DNA of 64,000 nucleotides from Heptranchias perlo (Eukaryota), in contig NC_090352.1 of assembly GCF_035084215.1 (NCBI RefSeq), forward strand, positions 18,910,001 through 18,974,000, written 5' to 3'. Below the pieces are notes generated by a model, which saw only the letters and a list, made by a program, of their open reading frames with translations, was not told the DNA's origin and made no database searches. The position numbers were made by a program, and so were the translations under genes. Below are positions 11,990-24,029 of the stretch, in pieces (position 1 is the first letter of the stretch; each line of letters starts with the position of its first letter).

Positions 11990-13500
11990 GACACTATGCT
12001 TGGGCTTTAAAAGTCTGAAGATTGTAGGAGGGAAGGAGATTTTATGATGAGTCTCAATTTCAACATAGTGAGGACGTCGGAAGAAGGTGGGATATGTCGG
12101 ATGGTATATTTGCAGCTTTGGAAGAACAAGCAGGTAAAGTTCATAGAACCATATTATTATTTGATTAATAGAGCAATGAGGAGGGCTGCGATAGAGAGAA
12201 AATTGAAGGCTGGGAGTGAGAGAAGAATCACCTATTAGATGATAACTGATTGTGTTTAAGAATGCAAGAAAGGGATAGGAAAGAATTTTTCCATAAATGG
12301 AAGCAATATTCAAGTCTTTCATGGACTCTGGCTTTACAGAGTTACACAACAACCGTCTTTCCATTTCAAAAAAAGTTTTCAATTGTCTGAAGCACTTTGA
12401 TATGTTTCAATGTGAAAGGTTCTACACAATTGATATATAGTAATGACCTGGACTTGGGTATATAGGGTATAATTTCAAAATTTGCAGATGACATGAAACT
12501 CAGAACTATGTGAAGGATAGTAACAAACTTCAGGAGGACATAGACAGACTGGTGAAATGGGCATACACATGGCAGATGAAATTGTACCATTTAGTTTAGT
12601 ACATTTTGGTAGGAAGAATGAGGAGAGGCAATATAAACTAAATGGTACAATTTTAAAGGGAGTGCAGGAACAGAGAGACCTGCAGGTGTATATACACAAA
12701 TCTTTGAAGGCATAGAGTACAAAAGCACGGAAGTTATGCTAAACCTTTATAAAACACTGGTTAGGCCCTAGCTGGAATATTGTGTTCAATTCTGGGCACT
12801 CCACTTTAGGAAGGATGTCAAGGCCTTAGAGAGAGTGCAGAGGAGATTTACTAGAATTATACTAGGGAGGAGGGACTTCAGATATATGGAGAGACTGGGA
12901 AGCTGGGATTGTTCTCCTTAGAGCAGAGAAGATTAAGGGGAGATTTGATCGAGGTGTTCAAAACCATGATAGAGTAAATAAGGAGAAACCGTTTCCAGTG
13001 GCAGAAGGGGAGGACACAGATTTAAGGTGATTGGCAAAAGAACCAGAGGTGGCATGAGGAAACACGCAGCAAGTTGTTAAGCTCTGGAATGCACTGCCTG
13101 AAAGGACAGTGGAAACAGATTAATAGAAACTTTCAAAAGGGAATTGGATAAATATATGAAGGGAAAAAAATTACAGTGCTATGGTGAGGGCAAGAACAGA
13201 GCACTGGGGATACGTTGAGATAATGAGGAAAGAGTTGGAGGATGAGTCCGGAACTGCAGTCAGCTTTGGTGAAAGATAACAGTAATGATGAGAAGCATAT
13301 AGCATCAGACTCTGTCAAAGGCTTTGGAAATGTTCAAAGCAATGACAACTAACTCACCAAATATTCAAGAATGGAGTACCAGAGCTGTGTAACACTGGAA
13401 ACAAGATTACCAGAGGAGTATCCACAGCAAAAACATAATGCTGCTCTAAGTAACCCATCATATGACAATAGTCAGCAAGTGGTCTCAATAATTTCTGCAA
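11990..13500 (-). mobile_element. Old, highly decayed CR1-group LINE in two pieces (about 11990-12360 and 13220-13500) around a younger CR1
   Basis: The minus strand near 13305-13360 reads VVIALNISKAFDRV (an RT motif). ORF 11984..12382 (HLIGDSSLTPSLQ) resembles the RT C-terminus. Confidence 0.55.
12425..13215 (+). mobile_element. CR1 LINE 3' fragment
   Basis: aaatttgcagatgaca (KFADD) and ttaggccctagctggaatattgtgttcaattctgg. Same family as 4994-7205. Confidence 0.9.
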
Positions 13501-13789
13501 CCTGGCTCTTTTTTAATATAAATCTTCTCTATTACTGAACAAACAAATAATGCAAGTAGAAGAAATATTATTTTCCACATGATGAAAAATTGTTATGTTG
13601 TAAGTTGAATTTCTTGAAGAAAACTTGAAGAAAAATATTGCATTTTTTATTCTATTGAAATAGGCAGAGGTTTGTTTAACATACAATATAGTCAGAGATG
13701 AAAGGAAACTGTTTTATTTTAAAAATTATATAGTAGACTATATATGGTTTTCTGAAATTGAAAAGACTGGAGCATAACCATATTTTTCC

Positions 13790-15105
13790 TCAACCATGAC
13801 CATGTAACAGTGAACAGGGAGTGAATGACCATTTAATTGTGAACAGGGAGAGAATGATCATGTGATTGTGAACAGGGAGTGAAATGACCATGTAACAGTG
13901 AATAGGGAGTGAATGACATTGTAATGGTGAACAGGGAGTGAATGACCATGTATTGGTGAACAGGGAGTGAATGATCATGTAATTGTGACCATGTAACAGT
14001 GAACAGAGAGTGAATGACCATGTAACTGTGAACAGGGAGTGAATGACCATGTAATTGTGAACAGGGAGTGAATGACCATGTAATTGTGAACAGGGAGTGA
14101 ATGACCATGTAATTGTGAACAGGGAGTAAATGACCATGTAATTGTGGACAGGGAATGAATGAGCATGTAACATTGAACAGGGAGTGAATGACCATGTAAC
14201 AGTGAATAGGGAGTGAATTACCATTAAATTGTGAACAGGGAGTGAAATCACCATGTAACAGTGAACAGGGAGTGAATGATCATGTAATTGTGAACAGGGA
14301 ATGAAATCACCATGTAACAGTGAACAGGGAGTGAATGAGCATGTAACATTGAACAGGGAGTGAATGACCATGTAACAGTGAATAGGGAGTGAATGATCAT
14401 GTAATGGCGAACAGGGCGTGAATGACCATGAAATGGCGAGTAGGGTGTGAATGACCATGTAATGGTGAACAGGGAGTGAATGACCATGTAATTGTGAACA
14501 GGGAGTGAATGATCATGTAATGGCGAATAGGGTGTGAATGACCATGTAATTGTGAACAGGGAGTGAATGACCATGTAATTGTGAACAGGGAGTGAATGAC
14601 CATGTAATTGTGAACAGGGAGTGAATGATCATGTAATTGTGAACAGGGAGTGAATGATCATATAAATTGTGAACAGGGAGTGAAATCATCATGTAACAGT
14701 GAACAGGGAGTGAATGACAATGTAATGGTGAACAGTGAGTGAATGACAATGTAACTGTGAACAGGGAGTGAATGACCATGTAATGGCGAACAGGGTGTGA
14801 ATGACCATGAAATGGCAAATAGGGAGTGAATGACCATGTAATTGTGAACAGGGAGTGAATGACCATGTAATTGTGAACAGGGAGTGAATGACCATGTAAT
14901 TGTGAACAGGGAGTGAATGACCATGTAATGGTGAACAGGGAGTGAATGATCATGTAATTGTGAGCATAAAACAGTGAACAGAGAGTGAATGACCATGTAT
15001 TGTGAACAGGGAGTGAATGAGTGTGTGACAGTGAACAGGGAGTGAATGAGCATGTAACAGTGAACAGGGAGTGAATGAGCATGTAACAGTGAGCAGGGAG
15101 TGAAT
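13790..15105. repeat. Minisatellite, 29-bp unit tgtgaacagggagtgaatgaccatgtaat, about 45 copies
   Basis: The tandem unit is directly visible, with 29- and 30-bp variants. The overlapping periodic ORFs are artefacts of the repeat. Confidence 0.97.
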
Positions 15106-15689
15106 TGTGCGTGCATGTGTAGCTCTTGGCATCAGCAACATTGTACAGTTCAAATGTGTAACAGCTTCACAATATATTCTCTTAATTTATGTGCAAACAG
15201 ATAAGATGGATGACAATGGCGGTGTTAATAATTCAGTCAAATGTTATTTAATATATTTCTATGCTGCAATGACTTATTCATCAGCTTTGATAAGAAAGCA
15301 GTACTTTGGCAATAGTGTTTCTATTATTGAGATATTACTCTCAGTGATGACACATCACATGCATGAAGTCTAAGAGAATTGTAGATGATTTGACAACCAA
15401 ACCAATCATCATACTATAGACTTCCATTGACTGTTCGGCATGGAATATCATTCTTTGATTTACGATTTAAGCCATGACCGTCTAAAGCCACTCTAGCTTT
15501 TCTAATTGTAATACCACAGGGCAGCACCTTTAGTCTAATTATTTAAAACTGATGGTAATATTGTAAAATGCCCAATTTGCATTTGAAAGTGTCTGTTGCA
15601 AACCTGTTCTGACAATTTTTTTATTGCACTCCTCAGGCACCTAAGTACTTTTTTTTAAGTACATTTTCAAAATCAAATTTTAAATCTTA

Positions 15690-17850
15690 CAACATAGTAA
15701 CATAGTAATGTTTTGGATAGGAGGAGACCATTGGTCCAACTAGCCTACCCTTCCCAAACTTCCCATCAGAATCCTTCCTGTGATTATAACACTAATATTT
15801 CTTTTGCTCGGATCAGCTCTCGGTCCGCAGATTGATGAGCATCTGCGACCAGTTCGAACTGGCCTCGGGGGCCAGGGTAAATCGTAGCAAGAGCGAGGCC
15901 ATGTTCTTTGGGAACTGGACCGACCGATCCTTTGTCCCCTTCACCGTCAGGTCGGATTACCTGAAGGTGCTGGGGATCTGGTTCGGGGGGGCCGGGGCGT
16001 GCACCAAAAACTGGGAGGAGCGTATATCCAAGGTTAAGCAGAAACTGGGACTGTGGGATCGACGATCCCTCTCGATCGTGGGCAAGAACCTGGTCATCAG
16101 GTGCGAAGTGCTCTCGGTGTTGCTGTACGTGACGCAGGTCTGGCCCATACCTCGCTCCTGCGCCGCGACAGTCACCCGAGCCATCTTCCGCTTTGTCTGG
16201 AGATCAAAAACGGACCGTGTCCGCAGGGTCACGATGTACAAACCTCCGGAGAAAGGGGGAAAGGCGTGCCCAACGTGGCCCTCATCCTGATGGCCACCTT
16301 TGTGTGCGGCTGCATCAAGCTGTGCATAGACCCTCAGTACGTAAACACAAAGTGTCACTACGTGCTGAGGTTCTACCTGTCCCCGGTGTTGAGAAGGATG
16401 GGCCTGGCCACGCTGCCACGGAACGCTCCGTCCAGTTGGACCGTTCCGCCCCACCTGTCCTTCGTGGAAAGGTTTGTGCAGAAAAACACCTTTGACCACA
16501 GGCGATCAGCAAGTGGTCCGCACGTAACGTCCTCGAGACCCTGCGGGAAAAGGAGATGGTGGATCCTGTCGGTTGGTTCCCCGAGCAGACTGTCAATGTC
16601 ATTTGGCAGAACGCCTCATCACCAGAGCTTTCAAACAAGCACCAAGACCTAGCTTGGCTGGTGGTGAGAAGGGCCCTTCCCGTCAGATCCTTCATGTACT
16701 CCCGGACTCTCAGCGCCACCGCGCGCTGTCCCAGAGGAGGCTGCGGTGGAGACGAGACCGTCACCCATCTCCTTCTGGAATGTGCCTTTGCAAAGAAGGT
16801 CTGGAGAGAGATGCAGTGGTATCTGTCCAGGTTCGTCCCGAGCAGTTCCGTAACACAGGATTCTGTGCTCTACGGGCTGTTCCCGGGGACGCACACTGAG
16901 ACGGATATCAGCTGCGGCTGGAAGACCATCAACTCGGTGAAAGACGCCCTTTGGTCTGCCCGAAATTTGCTGGTCTTCCAGTACAAGGAGCTGTCCTCGA
17001 CCGAGTGTTGCAGACTGGCACATTCCAAGGTCCAGGACTACGTGCTGAGGGACGCACTGAGGATGGGTGCGGCCAACGCAAAGGCCCTGTGGGGAAAGGC
17101 AACCGTTTAGAGCCTTCCCGCCATGGTATACCGAGGGGCTGCAATCAGGGAAAAACCCCCTCGGGCAGAATGTCAAATTCTAACTGATGTAATGTAACTG
17201 TAATGAATCTGTAATGAACCTGGAAAGAATCTGTAACGTACCTGTTATCAAAAATGTGTATTGAGTGTATTGCAATGAGGCACCCTAGAGTGTCATGAAC
17301 TGTAATTATGTCCAATGTGTTCATCGAACTGTACTTGATGTAACCTGCAAATTGTATAAACTGTATTGTGTACGTTTGGAATGTGATATGACAACTGTAT
17401 TTATGAACTGCTGCAAATTTTATGAATAAAGTATATTTTTTGAAAAAAAAACTAATATTTCTGTATCCCCATTTCCTTACAGGAATTCAGTCAATCCATT
17501 TTAAAACCAGCCACGGTTGTCTGTTCAGCCATCCCCAGTGATAATCTGTTCCACAATTCTATTACTCTCTTAATTTAAAAAAAATGAACAAAGTTCCCTA
17601 TTTTTCATGGACACCCTTAATTTTAAACTGTCCCCCAGTCCTCAAATCCTTCACCCAACAGAAGAATGTTCCTGGATCCCAAAATCTCCCTATCCATGAA
17701 AATCTTAAAGGCCTACATCAAGCTTTCCCTCATTGTCTTCTCCAGAGAATGAAGTCTCAGAGTGGATCTTTCCTCATTACTCAGTCCTCTTACCTCAGTA
17801 ATCATCCTTATAACCCTCCTCTGGACCTCTGGACCAACTCCAATAATTAG
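15690..17850 (-). mobile_element. Old CR1 3' fragment, host of the Tx1 insertion (pieces 15690-15802 and 17451-17850)
   Basis: Tail aacatagtaacatagtaa at about 15690. After the insertion it continues with a decayed CR1 3' region (aatctgttccacaattctattactct, ttttaaactgtccccc). Confidence 0.6.
15803..17450 (+). mobile_element. Tx1/L1-clade non-LTR retrotransposon, 5'-truncated, young
   Basis: RT C-terminus (ASGARVNRSKSEAM, YLKVLGIWF) and a zinc knuckle (CPRGGCGGDETVTHLLLEC). Stop at 17110, AATAAA at 17425, then an A-tail. 12-bp TSD actaatatttct at 15791-15802 and 17451-17462. Two -1 frameshifts, near 16260 and 16500. Confidence 0.92.
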
Positions 17851-18050
17851 AACTGTAGAGGTTTACGGCACAAAAGAATGTCAATTGCCCCATCCTGTTT
17901 GTGCCAGCTCTTTGTTGGTAGGAATCCGAAACTAATCGCGTTGCCCTGCTCTCTCCCCATAGCCCTATATCTTCCTTCTGCTTCAAATGTTCAGCCACAT
18001 TTCCCATAAAAGATGCAATGGTCTCTATCTCAACTGCTGCCTTTGCCAAA
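17848..18050 (-). mobile_element. Decayed CR1 3' end
   Basis: ORF 17795..18049 (AAVEIETIASF...HLKQK.DIGLWG) resembles the CR1 C-terminus and 3'UTR. Confidence 0.6.
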
Positions 18051-19097
18051 TCAACCTGGTAACATGGAGGCTCTGCACATGTGCATGAGGTCCTTCAACT
18101 TGCAATCGCTCAAAATGACTTTTTCTGCTGGTGCAATCAGATGCCACCATGAGGCATAAACCCAACTTGCAGATCAGATTCCCTGGCAAGTGCAGGCACT
18201 CAAGGGACTCTGGACCCACTTACACTGGCAATGGTGGTCTGATCAACCCACCTCAGCTACACGCACACGTCCCTCTGCCGAATCCTCTGGAAATCCTTGT
18301 TGGTCTGTAGCTCTATGAGGGGAAGACGAATTTCAAAAGGAGGGCTCATACTATTCAGGGTTGTAGGGACGGGGTATTTGCTTGAACGGTAGGGATTAAA
18401 AAGAGAAAAAGAAACAAAAATGCTTTGATAAATTAAAGATCAAAACCAAACAAACAATGCTACAAGAACAATGATGTACAAAGACACCATGTGTTACATA
18501 CATAGATTGCTCTATCTCCCTTCCCTGGTGTAGTAGTGTACACGTTACACATGTTAAATTCAGTCGGCCATTGTACTGCAGTGCACCAAAGGAATCCTCC
18601 ATACTCAGTGCTTTATTTGCTGCAAGTTAAATTGCTGTTGCAAGAAAGAATACTGCTGGTAAATAAAAATCTTCCAGTGCAAAAATGTAGCTGTCCACAA
18701 CAACAGAAATTAATGCACTGAGCAAAATCGACCAAAAAAAGCTCATTCCAAAAAGACTGAAAGTTTTCAAAATGATAGCCAGTATTAAGAAGAGTATCAG
18801 AGCAGTGCAGTAGTCATGTGCCCATTTTAATTGGGTGGTTGCACACTTGGTATAGAGCTGGCATTCTAGCAATTTACATAACATTTAAACCTCTAATGAG
18901 GCTTTTGAGATTTACATACATTTCGTACCTCTAATGAGGCTAATGCTGGACATCAATGCAGTCTCCTCAATGCTGGACAGTTTCTTTGCCATTAAATGCA
19001 TTGTGCGGCACATTGGTGCGGGTGCCTGTGCGCCCGATCACGTGAACCAGGTTTGCAGTGGGCAAGGATCTGCACCGTCAGTGCAGCCTCATAAATT

Positions 19098-19310
19098 CAG
19101 GGCTACTGCTCTTGAAACTTATTTTGAGCGTGGTTGGTAAATGGTGGGAGTCCAACGACAGAAACATTGGGAATGGGAGGGTGAGGATGGAGGGGAGTCC
19201 AAAGACGGAAAGGTTAAATTGGGAATGGGAGGGTGAGGATGGAGATGTTCACCAAAGCATCTGCATTTAATCTCCCCAATGTAGAGGAGATTGCACCATT
19301 AGCAGTGATT
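19098..19310 (-). pseudogene. Penelope-like element, GIY-YIG endonuclease fossil
   Basis: The minus strand reads CNLLYIGEIKCRCFGEHL and SVVGLPPFTNHAQNKFQEQ. These resemble PLE motifs CGLLYIGETKRRL..RF.EH and SVLGL......QRKLEEQ. Confidence 0.65.
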
Positions 19311-19599
19311 TTCAGGAAGCCTAGAATAAAAAAGTAGGGGGTTAAATTCGATTGGGCCAATAATCAGGCACGACGACAGTGATCTGCGACTAACTCGCGT
19401 TCGGTGTTTCCTGCGCAGGCAGTACAAGAACTTTGTGCTGCCTGCTAATTAGAATGATTCCTCCGTACAGTCAGTGCTACCTGTACTGTTGAGGGGCTGC
19501 ACAGAGAATCAGGAAGCCCGAAATGGGGCGTGGCCAGTGCACGTCACAGGCAGCCTGAACCTCTTAAAGGTGCAGGTGCACATTTTTAATGGCAGATGC

Positions 19600-21446
19600 C
19601 CAGTCCACTGGCAGGAAGGATCGCGGGACCAGTACGAGAGTGCGCCGCACGCTCCCCCGACGACGCACTGGAGACCCTGGTGGAGGGGGTGGATGAAAGG
19701 AGGGCCAACATGTACCCGCAGGGAGGCTGTGGCCCAGGAAGTCAACGCCAGGAACATGGCACCACGCACCTGGATGCAGTGCTGAAAGAAGTCCAACGAC
19801 TTGACGCAAATGGTCAAGGTGAGTGAATGCAAGTGTTAAGTGGCACATCCGACCAACTGCAGCACTGCTCCACGCATCACACCCCCCATCACCCACCCAC
19901 CAACAAACACTGCCCATCCATATGCAATGCTGCACTCGGCATGCTGCATCTCACCCGCACAAAGTAAGTACCACACTTGCAGGCCACCCAACCACCACTC
20001 ACAGGTCACACACTGGCAGCTATTCAACCATGACAGGCACATCACCCAGACACCTTGTAGGATACTCACTGACATACTGCCCTCTATCTTGCATGAGAAG
20101 GTGGCACATAACAGCCGGCAGCAGGAGAGACCTGAGGGAGGACAGGCACGCCTACACGTCCTCAACCCCTTGGAGGAGACCATGCCTTGGATCAATGGGC
20201 CGGCCATCGCTGCAGCCGTGACCACATGCCACGCTGGAAGTCCCAATGAAGGGGGTCTCTGCAAAGCTAATGCTTCTTCTCGTTTCCCACATCTCCCTCA
20301 TCCCATAATCTTTTCTGACTCATGTGCTGCAGATGCTGTCAGCACGCACGTTTTACTTGCTTCTTTCCCCACTCCACAACTCAACCTGTTTCCCTTTGTC
20401 ATTGCAGATACCCAAGAACACGTGGTGGCACCGTCTGAGGAGGAGGAGGAGGAGGAGAAGGAGGAGGAGGACTCTGAAGCCACACCGTCACTCAATCTTA
20501 CATTCACATCCACCAGCTCAGAGACTGACACTGCGCGTCCTTTAGAGGTTAGTTTAGAGGAGGGATTTGCACGTAGTGAGGCATCGGGCACAGGAGCCAG
20601 GTCGGGGCGAACGGATACCACAGGTGCCAGCTTGCCGGAGGGCGAGCTCGTTCACTAGTTCTGGTAAAGAGGAGTCAGATGAGGACGTTGACGGGCCAGG
20701 CTACTGAAGACGGCTGATGGGCATACACCACCAAATGTTTGGTGCACTGGAAAGCCTGCACACAATGAAAAAGGGCATGGAGGAGTCCAGCTCCAACTTG
20801 GCACAGGGCTTTGCGCAGAGCTTGGAGCCCATCCTTTCCAACATGGACTGCGTGGTCACCTCCATCAGCACACCTGTGGAACCCACCATGATGCAACTTC
20901 TGATGGCCGATGTCACGGCATCCATTGCAGCACAAACCAATGTCATCAAAGGTCTGCAAGCTATGGTTGCTGCTCAGACTGCTGCATTGGAAGCTCAGAA
21001 TGCTGTTATCGTGGCCCTTGGATCCCCGTTCCAAGAGCGTCGCAACACTCCAGCAATCCGTTCTCCAGCAGATCACCAGGACTGCTGAGGCGCCGCCCCG
21101 GGAGAGTGGCAGTGGCGCCATGACAGTCGGACCTGCTGTCCGATCTCCGGACGACAGCATTCCTGCTCCCACTCCTGCCATTCCGCCAGTGCCCTTGTTG
21201 TTGCCTGTCGACCAGCCAGGCCAGACTGCTGCTGCCCATGCTGAGATGGTGCAGTCTGAAGCCAGGCCCTCCCGGCCCGGAGCTGCTCGAGGTCGTCCTC
21301 CAAGGCCATCTGCACCTTCCTCAATTGAAGGCCAGCAGCCTCCCACCACCCATGCTCCAGCCATTGGGGATGCACCTCGTAGGAGCACTAGGATAGGTAA
21401 AGGCACACGAACAACAGGCACTAATGCAATGCGCAAGGGTAATTAG
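19600..21446 (+). pseudogene. Harbinger Myb/SANT-like DNA-binding protein gene, spliced and decayed
   Basis: Motifs RECAARSPDDALETLVEGVDERRANMYPQGG, EVNARNMAPRTWMQC*KKSNDL and EKVAHNSRQQERPEGG, then an acidic run and a Pro-rich tail. Donor aag|gtgagt at 19819. Acceptor cattgcag at 20407. Confidence 0.85.
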
Positions 21447-21640
21447 TCCCCTTTAATTTGCATAATTTCATTCGTTAATTGATAAATGTGACTTTGAATT
21501 TGCATTTGATGGTGGTTTTTATTTGTGCGATGAGCTGAGGGGGAAAGTAATGTGCAATCAGATGGGGACAATTTGATGGTCACGTGGGGGTGGACAGGTG
21601 GGGACTGTAGGATGTTGGTGATTTTGAGATGTAGTTGACA

Positions 21641-22839
21641 TTATTGATAGCGGGCATGGATCAGGTGTGCACGCGGAGCCCTTGCAGACAAGGCGTGTGT
21701 TCCTTGTTGCCCCCTTGCGTCTTCCTCCACTTCCTGCTCCGGCTCTTCCCTCTCCTTCTCTTCAGCCTCTTCCTCCTCCTCTTCCTCCTCCTTCTCCTCC
21801 TCACCTCTGGCTCGGGGTCTTGTCTGATCATCGGTGTCAAGGACAGGCCCCTCATGATGGCACAGTTGTGCAGCATGCAGCATACCACCACGAATCTTCC
21901 CACCCACTCAGCGGTGTACTGCAGGGCTCCTCCAGAACAGTCCAGGCAGCAGAAGCATTGCTTCAGGGGGCCTATGGTGTGCTCCACAATGTTGCGTGTG
22001 GCAGCATGGCTCTCATTGTAGGCCTGCTCTGCACATGTGCGTGGGTTCCTGACTGGAGTCATGAGCCACTGCATGACGGGATAGCCCTTGTCACCCAGTA
22101 GCCAGCCTTTGACTTGCCGAGTTGGATGAAAGATAGCTGGCACGTTGGACTGCTGCATAACGAAGGTGTCATGAGGGTAGCGGGCATTGACCTCCATGAT
22201 TCGAGGGCGTGTGATCGCACACCAGCTGCACGTTCAGGGAGTGGAAGTCCTTTCGGTTGATGAAGACGGCCGAGTTGATACGGGGGGGCACATAGAACAA
22301 TGTGCGTTCAGTCAATGGCACCCTGCAGCGTGGGGAAGCCTGCAATGTGAGCAAACCTTCGTGCTCGCTGGTTCTGTTTGTCTCTATCAAGAGGGAACGT
22401 GATGAACCTGTTCCTCATCTCACACAGTGCGTCTGTGACCTCCCTTATGCAGCAGTGCACTGCATACTGCGAGATGTTGCACATATCACCAGCAGAGGCC
22501 TGAAATGATCCTGAGCCATAAAGTTCAGCGCCACAGTTACCTTCACAGCTACAGGCAATGCTCCTTGTTCTGCTCTGATGCTGCAGTTGTGGCCGGCACC
22601 AGTTGACAGATCTCCATCACGACCTCCTTGGTGAACCTTACCCATCAGATGCAATGCTCCTCGTTCAGGTTGAGGTAAGAGAATTGGTCCCTGAAGGCCC
22701 TCATTGGATTTGGCCTCCTACTCAGTGCCCTGCACCTCCTCCTCCTCCCTCTCTTCTCAGCATGACCTGCTCTGCATGGCCTCTCTGCATGCTCCCAATT
22801 GTGTTCAATGCCCAGCGGGAGCGCTAGCAGACAACCCAT
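21641..22839 (-). pseudogene. Harbinger (HARBI1-like) DDE transposase, frameshifted
   Basis: Motifs ALPVAVKVTVALNF, GFPTLQGAID*TH, NRKDFHSLNVQLVCD, GWLLGDKGYP, YNESHAATRNIVEHTIG and VVCCMLHN. Confidence 0.93.
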
Positions 22840-23339
22840 GGTGCCAGGAATCTTGTTCAACCACGGTCGTAATTTTCCGACCTGTAAGGCAGTACCTGCC
22901 AAACCACCCTCAAATGTACTCTAGCAATTCTCATTAAGTATAGAGAGCTTCAAAAAACACTTCCTATTCTATCAGCAGCCAGAAGCAATAATCCAGCAAC
23001 TAACCTGCAACACCTTTAAATCGCGCTGGTGGGTGGTCCTCCAGGCAGTAAGACATGTTCAGGTGTGCATGGTTAAGACTGTGCATTGAGTTGAGTTAAG
23101 TTCCAAAATGGTGTCTATCACTTTAAATCAGCGTTGCACACTGATTGTACGCATTTTCTCCCTCCTTTACATGCTTCCGGCGTTCGCTCTTTGCGTATGT
23201 GCTAATAACTATACCAATATGGCGTCCGGCGCACATCACGCTCGAAAATTGCATGCGCATCCACGATGCCATCTTGGCACTCCAGGAGGCTGCGTATCAC
23301 CAATCAACGAGCCCTAGATGGCCCAATTTCTAGCCCATA

Positions 23340-23710
23340 GAAGGTTGGAAATATCCAACAGGTCCGTCAGCATCTGAAAAGATGAGTTAACATTTGCTGG
23401 AAAGCTGAAATAAAACAGAAAGAGCTGTTTGCAAGCCACTCAACCCATTAACTCTCTGTGTGACCACAGTCAGCGTTTCTGATTTTACTTTTACCTGCTG
23501 TCTTCTTTCCTCCCCCCGCCATCCTCCCCCCACCCTCTGGTCATTTTGTTCAGTACTAAGAAGAGGTGGGTTTATTTTCCAGTTTCTGGTTCTGACAAAG
23601 GTCTACAGTCAAAATATGAATCCACCTTTTCACTATAGCAGACGCTGATAGACCTGTTGGGTATTTTTGTATTTTTTGTTTTTATTTTAGATTTCCTGCA
23701 TTTGGAGTTT
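23340..23710. mobile_element. Penelope-like terminal sequences in inverted arrangement, decayed
   Basis: 23342-23375 (gttggaaatatccaacaggtccgtcagcatctg) is inversely similar to 23638-23670 (gcagacgctgatagacctgttgggtattt). Same family as 59470-59560. Confidence 0.6.
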
Positions 23711-23960
23711 GTTTATTCTTTTATTGACAAAGAGGAACCTCAAACTATCTAAGCCCAGCAATTAAATATTCAGTGAACATTGCTATGAGGGTTGCATTTA
23801 TGCAGAAAGTAATAGATACCCAGGAGTGATTATCCAGCAATAATCTAATTTCACAGGTCAGATATTAAAAACAATAAGAACAAAGCTTGAGCTATTATAA
23901 CCTTCATCTAAACCCTCAGGGGGAACTAGTGCCTGGTACTCATCCCCACAGATCTATTCA

Positions 23961-23962
<2 letters not shown>

Positions 23963-23997
<35 letters not shown>

Positions 23998-24029
23998 CTG
24001 TATGTATGTGTATATATATATATATATAT
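23963..24029. repeat. (TA)n/(TG)n compound microsatellite
   Basis: Directly visible. Confidence 0.95.

Larger units (their letters stand above)
19337..23336. mobile_element. Full-length, decayed PIF/Harbinger DNA transposon with two convergent genes
   Basis: Imperfect termini gggggttaaatt and aatttctagccc, with 3-bp flanks gta/ata. Contains a Myb/SANT gene (+) and a transposase (-). Inserted in a Penelope terminal sequence that rejoins across it. Confidence 0.9.

Noticed and set aside
11984-11997. 14-nt match to the SP6 promoter (ttaggtgacactat)
   Set aside because: The match is incomplete, there is no other vector sequence, and it lies at the edge of a decayed LINE. It is probably chance.
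13790-15105. CRISPR-like array or His-rich protein
   Set aside because: The 29-bp units are contiguous with no unique spacers, there are no cas genes, and the context is eukaryotic. The ORFs are repeat artefacts.
21641-22839. Domesticated HARBI1 host gene
   Set aside because: It has several stops and frameshifts and lies within TIRs next to a Myb partner, so it is a decayed transposon.
23588-23622. Functional hammerhead ribozyme
   Set aside because: The core has decayed (ctgacaa instead of CUGANGA, and caaaa instead of GAAA).
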